A stretch of DNA of 63,423 nucleotides, filler included. It is 4 parts of 4 records of this genome, joined end to end, with 100 filler letters (N's around TTAATTAATTAA, not from the genome) between each part and the next. Parts side by side here need not be neighbours in the genome. Positions count along the whole stretch, not along the records: positions 27,901 to 53,203 come from SRR20825010_893; 3 more parts are not named here. One strand, written 5' to 3'. Shown piece after piece: positions 29,074-37,800 of this stretch. How positions within the stretch are numbered: position 1 is the first letter of the stretch; each line of letters begins with the position of its first letter. A program made the position numbers and the translations under genes. The notes under the pieces were generated by a model that worked only from the letters and a program-made list of their open reading frames with translations, did not search any database and had not been told where the DNA came from.

Positions 29074-29652
29074 TTAGAACTGGAAACGCATACCAACACG
29101 ACCGGTATCGAAGTCCGGCCCGTCATTGGTGACCTGGCCATTGAAGTCGTCTTCGTCGATATCAACGTTGTAGCGGTTGTATTCCGCAAACGCCGTCAAC
29201 TGTTCGGTGACCCGGAAATCAACACCGGCACCGACAAATGGATTGACCTCATCGTAGGTCTCACTTTCGTCAAACGCGTCTACATCGAACGACGAAGCAA
29301 ATGCGCCAGCCTTAGCATAAACACCAAAGGTATCTGTCAAAGGCAGCCGCCCGATCAGGCCAAGGGAAGTACCCTTCAACTTGCCATCGACGTCATCGTC
29401 GCCAAAGTTGCCGAAATCAATGTACTCGGCTTCCAGGGCGAAGAACTGGTTGAACTGGTAGCCCAGCCCCACGCCGAACAGATCGTTTTCATCATCAAAC
29501 TCGCCACCATGGGCTTTGTAGCCACCATAACTGCCGCTCAGATATACACCGGAGCTGTCGCGATCGGTGTTGTCCTGGGCTGATACAACCGGGGCGGCCA
29601 GCATGGCCGAGGCCAGAACCGTTACATAGGCAAAACCGGATTTATAGCTCAT
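29074..29652 (-). CDS. Outer-membrane beta-barrel protein (OmpA-like transmembrane domain)
   Basis: Signal peptide, GYQFNQFFALEAEYIDFG and terminal Phe. Confidence 0.88.
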   Translation of the reverse strand: MSYKSGFAYVTVLASAMLAAPVVSAQDNTDRDSSGVYLSGSYGGYKAHGGEFDDENDLFGVGLGYQFNQFFALEAEYIDFGNFGDDDVDGKLKGTSLGLIGRLPLTDTFGVYAKAGAFASSFDVDAFDESETYDEVNPFVGAGVDFRVTEQLTAFAEYNRYNVDIDEDDFNGQVTNDGPDFDTGRVGMRFQF

Positions 29653-29802
29653 ATCGCATCCATCCTTCTGAGTTCGGAAATGATTGATTTCCTGTTGGAT
29701 TAACCGGTAAAGCGTCATACCGATTACCTGAACTCAGGCTACCTACAAATTGGCGGGATGTGGGTTAAATGCACAATACGGTCTGTTCACCTCATTTTCA
29801 TG

Positions 29803-30090
29803 TTAGTTAATGTCAGCTTTGCAATTTTTCGGCGCATTGATGTATTTCACGGATGCTTCAAGACTGGCAGCCGCCAGCGAAACGCTGCGATAGGAGAGAC
29901 GGGAAATGCCGTGGTGGATGGAGCGAACAGCCTCACTCCAGGGCCGGGCAATCGGCACCCGTTGCAGAATATTGAAGGTTTCATCCGCAATCGACAGATG
30001 AATACGCTCCACTTTGAGAGCGCCGTGATTGAGGCCACTGGCTGTTATATCGGCAACGCCAGCCCACCAATTGCGATTATGTTCGCTCAT
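29803..30090 (-). CDS. Small helical protein coupled to the hydrolase
   Basis: ATGA overlap with the hydrolase stop; VERIHLSIA...IHHGI motif. Confidence 0.7.
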   Translation of the reverse strand: MSEHNRNWWAGVADITASGLNHGALKVERIHLSIADETFNILQRVPIARPWSEAVRSIHHGISRLSYRSVSLAAASLEASVKYINAPKNCKADIN

Positions 30091-31001
30091 AACAGCCACT
30101 CCTTCAGTTGGCTGGCCACATCCGGGTGATGGGCCAGACGGATATGGTCAACGCCGGGGAAGCTGGCGACACCACTGAGTGTCCAGCCCCTCCGCTCATG
30201 GCCACGAGCACTGGATTCATGCACCAGCGCATCTCCAAACAGGGCGTTGATCGGATGTTGACGGGATCGCGCCAGCAGGCCACAGACAACGTAATGCCGG
30301 GTTCCGGGTAGCAGAGGAGGTTCGCCCTCATTCCCATGAACAACCTCCCCGCGGGACAGATTGCGAATACCCTCACTGCGCAGATCGATCACCTCACCCA
30401 CCACGCGCAGGTAATCCCGTGGTGCCCGGTTCATCAGGTCGGCTGTGGCCTTCGCGCCTTTTGCCAGCCAGGAACCATCGTGTGGCGAACCGATGTAGAC
30501 ACAGTCGGTGAGTTTCTCAACCCAGCGGTGAGCTAGATACTGACCATGATGGCAGGCACTGCGAATCAGCAACCCGCCCATACTGTGGCCCATCAGAATA
30601 ATTCGCTCAACTGGCACCGGCCAACGGCGGATCAGGGTTTCCAGAAGCTCGGCAAGGTCTTCGCCATTGCGATAAATCGGTCGGCCGGTGTTGTAGCGAA
30701 GGGTAAGCGGTGTGATGGAGCGTCCTTCGTCAGCCAGTAGGGACCCGTAGTGAGTATCGGCTTGCCCCGGAAGGTCCCAAACCGTCTCCAGTTCCATCAA
30801 ACCATGTATGGACAGGCACAGTGTCGAACCGGGCGACTCCACTGCGGGTGCCGACAAGTCAATGGGCGAGCGCCCGTGGAAGAACTCCATGGGCACCGCC
30901 AAAGGGTTGTTTCGCGCCTCAAGCCAGTCCCCAAGGAACCCGCTGAGGATGGCCGAGGCGTGTCTTTGCCACACCGGACTGGTGTCTGTATCCATGCACA
31001 A
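30087..31001 (-). CDS. PGAP1-like alpha/beta hydrolase
   Basis: IHGLM, LRYNTG, GHSMGG, GSPHDG and GDALV motifs. Confidence 0.88.
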   Translation of the reverse strand: MCMDTDTSPVWQRHASAILSGFLGDWLEARNNPLAVPMEFFHGRSPIDLSAPAVESPGSTLCLSIHGLMELETVWDLPGQADTHYGSLLADEGRSITPLTLRYNTGRPIYRNGEDLAELLETLIRRWPVPVERIILMGHSMGGLLIRSACHHGQYLAHRWVEKLTDCVYIGSPHDGSWLAKGAKATADLMNRAPRDYLRVVGEVIDLRSEGIRNLSRGEVVHGNEGEPPLLPGTRHYVVCGLLARSRQHPINALFGDALVHESSARGHERRGWTLSGVASFPGVDHIRLAHHPDVASQLKEWLL

Positions 31002-31098
31002 CCGCTACCGTTTGATGAGTTATCACCAGTCTACTCCGATAACGGCATTAACGATTGGCTGAATTTTCACCAGTTTACGGCGTCGAGGCAACTGACCT

Positions 31099-32418
31099 TC
31101 AATGGCCCCGGCCGGCAAGCCCCATGCAGTTGGCGTAGAAAGTGGTGGTGGCCGGCCAGTCCGAGAAGATACCAATCACCCCAACCTCCCGGGCCAGCAC
31201 GTCAATCACATTGAACACGTCGCCGTCGTTATTGATGGCGTCGGTGATGGTCTGGTGATACCAACCCCCGCCATTGGCCAACGGACCACTACGCTCGACC
31301 GTCCAGGCGATCATATCCAGCCCCGCTGCCTTGGCGTTTTCAGCGTAGTCCGACGGCACGATCTGCTGGTGGCCATCCAGGGTCAACATTTTCCACAATG
31401 CGGGGGCCAGGATATTCACGCCTTGCGCAGACAGGCTTTCCATCCACGCCAGGGAGGAATTCTCCGGTGTCAGCGGCTCCTGATCCAGAAACACAGCCTG
31501 TCGTCCAAACCGCGGCGTTTCATTGACCCAGAACAGTACATCATCCAGCAGGAACGACTGCGGCCAGACATCCCTCGGGTTCACGCCGGCTTCAACGTAA
31601 TCCTGAATCATCTGGCGGGCGTAATCTTCCTGGCTGTAGTCGCCCTCATAGGGCATCTCAACCACCGGCGTTTTCAGTTCCGGCGTGAACTTCACACCCA
31701 GTCGTTTAAAGAGTTCGATGCTCTCTTTATGGGTCAACAGGGTGCCGCGACTGCTGTAAAGCTCCGTGCGCCAGTCTGCCGTGCCTTCCAGGTACTCCTC
31801 CGGCGTGGTTGCCATGGGGTTGAAGGCGTCCATCTTGCCTTCCAGTGACTTGAACTCCTCCAGCGTGATATCGCTGGTGCGGCATTCTGCCTGCGCCTCA
31901 GTGCCACTTGCCGGGTCCGCCGGGACAAACGGCTGCGTACACTTGGCGTTCAGTTCCGGAATCGTCACGATGTTGGTGGTGGTATGGAGATCATTCTGTG
32001 CGTGACGGCAAACCAGCTCCCGATCCTTGGTAAAGGCAACATCGCACTCCAGGATGCCAGCCCCCATCTGGGCGGCCGCAACATAGGATTCAAGCGTGTG
32101 TTCCGGGAACTGCAACGGCGCACCCCGATGGCCGATGGAGAAATCCGTAGGACGGATTTTGTCGGCGCGGCAGGACTGGAGCCGGTCTTTCAGGCGCCCC
32201 TCATCCATGTCTTCCACCAGCCAGAACGGGCGCGGCCCCAGATGGACCTCGCGTTTACCCCGGTGATGTCTGTCCTTCAGATCCGGCCACTTGTCGTGCC
32301 ATTTTTCAAGGCCTGGCGGAGTCCAACGATCCTCCTTGCCATGCCAATCCGGTGCCGCATGGGCGGCAGAGAATAGAGACATCAGTAATGCCATAACCAG
32401 TAACGTGCGTAACTTCAT
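31099..32418 (-). CDS. Secreted glycerophosphodiester phosphodiesterase
   Basis: Signal peptide, [20 protein letters not shown] and IFSDW motifs. Confidence 0.92.
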   Translation of the reverse strand: MKLRTLLVMALLMSLFSAAHAAPDWHGKEDRWTPPGLEKWHDKWPDLKDRHHRGKREVHLGPRPFWLVEDMDEGRLKDRLQSCRADKIRPTDFSIGHRGAPLQFPEHTLESYVAAAQMGAGILECDVAFTKDRELVCRHAQNDLHTTTNIVTIPELNAKCTQPFVPADPASGTEAQAECRTSDITLEEFKSLEGKMDAFNPMATTPEEYLEGTADWRTELYSSRGTLLTHKESIELFKRLGVKFTPELKTPVVEMPYEGDYSQEDYARQMIQDYVEAGVNPRDVWPQSFLLDDVLFWVNETPRFGRQAVFLDQEPLTPENSSLAWMESLSAQGVNILAPALWKMLTLDGHQQIVPSDYAENAKAAGLDMIAWTVERSGPLANGGGWYHQTITDAINNDGDVFNVIDVLAREVGVIGIFSDWPATTTFYANCMGLAGRGH

Positions 32419-32489
32419 AACAAGCTCCCTGTGCAATGAATGGTACTGCACGGCTATTGTCGGCGCGGGGGGTTACGCTCAGGTGACGA

Positions 32490-32999
32490 TCATGTGACTG
32501 GCGCGTCCGTGCCACTTTCCCGTGAGTCCGTTTTGTCTTTGTCTCGGGCCTGCTCGGCCTCAGCTTCCTTCATCAGGACCATGCCGCCCTGCAACAGCAG
32601 TGACTTCAGGCGAGGATCACCCTGCTCCACCACACCAAGAGTAAATGCCGCAAACACCGCTTCCAGTGGATTGTTGCGGACAAGGTCTCTGATGGCATCG
32701 ATTGGTGACGTGGAAGACTGGTCATCACCCTCACCGGCGGCACTGGCGGTTTTCTTGGACGTAGCCGGACGAGTCATTCGATAGAAAAACAACGCCAGCA
32801 ACAACAGGCAGGACATGCCCGTCACCGCCATGGCGCCGGCCTCCCCCATCACGGGCGATAAAGCCAGCATGGCGGCATTGACGAGCATGTAAAAACCGGT
32901 AATCAACAGGGCGACCAGCAACACAAAGGCCAGCATAAAACCTATGATGGCCGCGACTGCCTTGCGCAAGACGCCCTGTAACCAGGCGGAATCGGGCAT
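32490..32999 (-). CDS. 2-TM membrane protein (YqjE/holin-like partner of DUF883)
   Basis: Two long hydrophobic helices; directly follows the DUF883 gene. Confidence 0.7.
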   Translation of the reverse strand: MPDSAWLQGVLRKAVAAIIGFMLAFVLLVALLITGFYMLVNAAMLALSPVMGEAGAMAVTGMSCLLLLALFFYRMTRPATSKKTASAAGEGDDQSSTSPIDAIRDLVRNNPLEAVFAAFTLGVVEQGDPRLKSLLLQGGMVLMKEAEAEQARDKDKTDSRESGTDAPVT

Positions 33000-33001
33000 G
33001 A

Positions 33002-33325
33002 TCAGCGGTCCAGCAACCGGCCAACCAACAAGCCTGCGAGGAACATGAGCACAACACTCAGGAACGGCCGCTCCTCGATTTTGTGCTCAACATCGTGCAC
33101 CGCTTTACTGCTCGCATCCCGGGCACGGTTGAAGGCCTCATCACCGCGTTGCCGGACCTGATCAAAGGCCTCACGGCTTTCCCGGCGAATTTCATCACGA
33201 AGGCTGCTGATATTGCTCTTTTGCCCATCAGCAACGGCTTTGGTGAGCTTGGAGAGATCTTCGCGAAGTTGCTGCAAATCTTGCCTGACCTGCTCGTACT
33301 CGTTCTGACTGGATTTCGCTTCCAT
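33002..33325 (-). CDS. DUF883 family (ElaB/YqjD-like) protein
   Basis: Coiled coil followed by IEERP and a C-terminal TM helix; AAGGAGG RBS. Confidence 0.88.
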   Translation of the reverse strand: MEAKSSQNEYEQVRQDLQQLREDLSKLTKAVADGQKSNISSLRDEIRRESREAFDQVRQRGDEAFNRARDASSKAVHDVEHKIEERPFLSVVLMFLAGLLVGRLLDR

Positions 33326-33529
33326 TTGTTGCCTCCTTATCAGTATGTCGTACTGCTATTTCGGCTTTCGGTAACGATTCACATTGTCCACTGACTACCG
33401 GCATCAGGGTTGCCCTGACAGAGCTGGCATTCAGCAACCATGGAAAGATATAGAACGACCACGGTTAAAACCACTGTAGCACAAGGTATGGGGCGGTAGA
33501 TGAAGACCTCGTAATTGAGCGCCCCAGGA

Positions 33530-34378
33530 TCACGGCGCCTCGGGTTCGTCATTGCGAATCCGCAGAAAACTGGCAAATCTGGGAAGGCCTGTCGACGTGA
33601 AGCCGTAATATTTATAGGTAATGGTAGCCCCAACCGGCGGCGGATCTTCCCGTTGCTCATCACTGAATCCGGTACCAATGTGGAACTGGCGGCCATCATT
33701 CCGCCTTACTAGAACTGATCCAAGCATGCCTTCGTATTTTCCGCTGCCGGCAAGATGCGCTACCACGACCGCCTCGGCATCATCGTAACGCTTCACCTTC
33801 AACAGATCATCTGAACGGCCAGTTGAATGAAGGCTGCCGCCGCGACGCAGCATCAAACCCTCGCCGCCCTCGGACACCACCTTGTCCAGCGCCGACATCA
33901 AACGCTCATGATCCGTGGCCTTACGTTGCACGACCATGGCCAGGAATGGCGACGGTGATGGCTGCACCAACGCTTCCATAGCCGCAACACGTTCAGCAAA
34001 GGGCTGATCGAGCGCCGGAAGGTCAAACACCATAAACCGGATCTGGCGCCAACTGGGATCAACCGGTTCCAGCCGGCGCACCGCGCCGGACAGCTCCGCA
34101 AACCGGCCTCGCCCCATCCAGAGTTCGCCGTCCATGGGCACATCGGGAAAGCCCTCAGTAAACCAGTCAGGCGCCCGATACTCGTTGCCACCCCGGGACC
34201 AGAACCGCTCACCGTCCCAATAGGCCCGTACACCGTCCAGTTTCTCGCTTACCCAATAATCACCGAGGGCAACGCCTTCGTCGTAGACACCGGCCAGCGC
34301 CAGTTCCGGTGGTTCTGCATGGGCGTTGAACGCGGTAAAGAGGGCGAAAGCAAACCAAAACGGAATCAGGCGCCGCAT
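33530..34378 (-). CDS. Minimal ATP-dependent DNA ligase with signal peptide (Lig E type)
   Basis: SEKLDGVR (motif I), DGELW, VFD, EGLMLR and LLKVK motifs, OB domain; N-terminal signal ending AHA. Confidence 0.93.
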   Translation of the reverse strand: MRRLIPFWFAFALFTAFNAHAEPPELALAGVYDEGVALGDYWVSEKLDGVRAYWDGERFWSRGGNEYRAPDWFTEGFPDVPMDGELWMGRGRFAELSGAVRRLEPVDPSWRQIRFMVFDLPALDQPFAERVAAMEALVQPSPSPFLAMVVQRKATDHERLMSALDKVVSEGGEGLMLRRGGSLHSTGRSDDLLKVKRYDDAEAVVVAHLAGSGKYEGMLGSVLVRRNDGRQFHIGTGFSDEQREDPPPVGATITYKYYGFTSTGLPRFASFLRIRNDEPEAP

Positions 34379-34809
34379 TCACTCTGTACCTTCGCACGAA
34401 ACTCCTGGCGGATACGCTCATTCTCCTCATCGTCGACAAACACCCGCTCGCCCTCCTTGTTCAGCCGGTACATACGTGAAACGCTCTTAAGATGCTTCAA
34501 CCGCGCCCGTAAGGACTCACACAGAGCCTCATGCTTTGCCGCTTTCGCCTCCTGCTTGGCTTTCGCTTCATTGCGCTCAGCCCGCTCCTGCTCGGTTTGC
34601 TCGAGGAATTCATTCATCCGCTCCTTGCGCGCGCGGGCATCGGCATCCGAAGACGGCGCGGGGGCTTTTAGCTCTACTTTATCAGAGGCTGCATTCACTG
34701 GCGGCCGGTCCCCGAAGTGGGTCTGGCCGTTTTCATCGACCCAGCGGTAGGTACCGGCCTGGGTGATGGGGGTGATTAGGAGGCAGAGGAGGAGTAGGAG
34801 TCCTTTCAT
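34366..34809 (-). CDS. Secreted DUF4124 protein
   Basis: Signal peptide and YRWVDENGQTHFGDRPP. Confidence 0.88.
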   Translation of the reverse strand: MKGLLLLLCLLITPITQAGTYRWVDENGQTHFGDRPPVNAASDKVELKAPAPSSDADARARKERMNEFLEQTEQERAERNEAKAKQEAKAAKHEALCESLRARLKHLKSVSRMYRLNKEGERVFVDDEENERIRQEFRAKVQSECGA

Positions 34810-34878
34810 ACAGTTGATTCCATATCGATACATTTATATTGGCAACATACTCTCGCAGATGTCAGACCGCTCTCAGCA

Positions 34879-37800
34879 TCATCCAGCCAACAGTCGTTCC
34901 TGCAGCTCCCGAACCACTCTTAGCACCCGACTCATTTCATTCTGGGTTTTCAGATCAAGATCCAGCTTTCCATCCATGGTTCTCACCAAAGGCACAATCG
35001 CTTCCTCAAAAATCCGTGCAAAGGCCATTAAGGCATCGCCGACCTGAGGCGGGCTGTCCAGGTTAACGGTGACAGCGGGATTGAGCTGAACCGTTTGCAG
35101 ACCCTCGATCAGGCCTGTCTCCATGGAGCGTGACAGTTGGCCCAGGGCCTTTTCGAGATCCGGGGTCTGCTCCTTGCGATTATTCTGGCCCGACGCCAAC
35201 TGCTGGGCCAGTTGCTGCATGTGCTCCCCAATCAGTCCTAGCTGGCGCACCACCTTCACACCGGTTTCCTCATCGCCGCCGGCTTCCTGACGACGACGGT
35301 ATTCTTCACAGATCGACTGCCAACGAGCCGCATCAGCTTCGGTCAGGGTGCCGCGCATCTGTTTCAGCTTGAGTAGGTTCTCTTCCGCCCCCTGGGTCAG
35401 CAACTGGGCTTCGCCCTGGTAGTGGTCGTCAATCAGGGCTTCGAGTTCGCCATCACTCATCACCGGCGAAAGCTTCTCCGCCAGCTTGTTCATGTTGCGG
35501 TAACTTCCCTGGAGCTTGAAGGTTGGCTCGGTGCGGTAGGCTTCCGCCTGGGCACTGGAGGCAATATAGGCCTGGTTTACCCGGAGCACGGTCTCCCGCA
35601 CCCGGATCATTTTCTTGAGTAGGGAAACGATTTCATCCCGCTCGGCCGCGCTGTAGTCGTACTCGAAGTCCGAATCCGCCACGGCCTTGCCTTCGGCAAG
35701 ATCCGCAAATCGGTAAAAGTCCGCCATGCCACGAGTGGCCAGGGGGGCCAGCACCGGGTTGGAGCTCAGGCTGTTTTCAATGTACGACAGGGCAAACGCG
35801 TGCTCCATGCCTGAGAGCACATCGCCCAGGTTGTAGATATCCGCCCGGTTGGCAAGCATGTCCGGCACTTTGAACATCTCACCGCTCTCGGTGTAGGGGT
35901 TACCGGCCATAACCACGCAGAAACGTTTGCCCCGCATGTCGTAGGTGCGTGTACGGCCACGCCATACGCCTTCAATACGCCGGGTGCCATCACACAGGGA
36001 AATGAATTTCTGCAGGAATTCGGGATGGGTGTGCTGGATATCGTCGAGATACAGCATCACGTTGTTGCCCATTTCCAGGGCCAGGTTCAGTTTGATCAGC
36101 TCCGCCTCGGCGGTGGAATGCGGCGCCTTCTCTGGATCCAGGGACGTCACATCATGGCCCAGGCTCGGGCAGTTGATCTTCATGAAGATCAGGCCCAGGC
36201 GGTTGGCCACGTATTCCATCAGGGTGGTTTTACCGTAACCGGGAGGCGAGATCATCATCAGCAGGCCGGACTGGTCGGTTCTCCGGTCTTCGCCAGCGGT
36301 ACCCATCTGCTTGGCGAGGTTATCACCGATGATGGGCAGGTAGCTTTCGCTGATCAGTTTGTTACGCACGAAAGAAGACAGCGGCCTTGGGCGGAATTCC
36401 TCCAGACGAAGCTGGTCGCGCCAGCGCTCCAGCACCTTGTGGCGGACTTCCTGCAGTTGCTGCCAGCCAGGAATGATTTCCTTGCGGTGATAGCGCAGGC
36501 GCTCATCAAACTCGTCCAGTTGCAGGCTAAGGGTACGTTCTTCAATCCGTGAATGCTGACCAAGCAGCCCCTCCACATGGAATGCCAGCTCCACGCTACG
36601 TACGCTGGTTTTCAGGGCCCCATCCACATTCAGCATGGCCACCACTTCCGGCAGGTAATGCAGAAGGTGCTGCTGGTCCGCCTTGTTCATCCAGGCCTTC
36701 AGCCAGTGGCTGGTAATGGTCCAGCGTGCCGCGGGTTGGCTTGCCACTGCGTCAAGGGCATTCCGGTACTGGGCAAACTGATTGTCCCGCTTCAGGGCTT
36801 CGGTAAAACCGGAGGCCAGTTCACTAGCGTAGCGGGTAATCTCGAAGGTGTCGGTTTCTTCCGCCAGTTGCCGCACAAGGTATTGGGCAGCGGAATCGAT
36901 CAGCGTGCGTTCGGCGCTGCCTTTGTCCGCCAATAACAACCCGCACGCTTCCACGAATTCGGATAGTTTCGGGCCAAGCTCCTGCTCCAGGGATTGCCGC
37001 AGTTCGTTCGACTGCATCAGGCGGCTGAGGATACCGGCCGACAGGCAACGGGCGCGAATTTGCCGCGTAAGCTTTTCCTGTTGGCTCAGTTCAGCCCAGA
37101 ACAACATCGCCAATGCCCGCGAGCGGGGGCTGAACCGGAGCAAGCCAGCACTCTGGATCGCGGGCCACAGGGTACTGACGATCAAAGCCGCATCGTGATC
37201 GTGGATGCCCTTTTCATACCCTTCCCGGTAACGGGGTGAGGCAAAGCTGCGAATATGGCCCGTCAGTTCTTCCAGGTCGGCCACATTCACCGGCAGATCG
37301 GACGCTTCCTGAAACTCTTCGATCACCAGGGCCGCCAGGTATTCCCCCCTGTAAACCCTGTCGGATTCGGACGGCTGACTCATGTTCCAGTAGCCCCGCA
37401 GGCGGTCCAGCTCCGGCTCGTCCAGCCGCTCGTAATACTGGGTACCGGTCAGGTGCAGCAGCACATGGTCATCCCGCGGGATCAGCGTCAGGTCCAGCTC
37501 CTGCTGGTTTACGCTGAACTTGTGCTTGCCCAGGCGGATAACCGCACCGCCATCCTCGAAGATATCCGCCTTGTCCCGGACACTGCGAAGGGCGGTATCC
37601 TGGGCCGCCTTTAACTGGCCCAGGCAATCGTCCGCCTCCATGGCGGCACCCAGCTCCCGCAACTCCCCGGCCATACTGCGCAGCCGGGACACCATGGCGT
37701 CTGAGGCAAAGAAGGCGTGCAATTCTTCCGGGCTGGAGAAGCGCTCGGTACGGCGACGGACGTTCTTCAGGATGCGCTCAGCGGCATCCGTCAATGTGGT

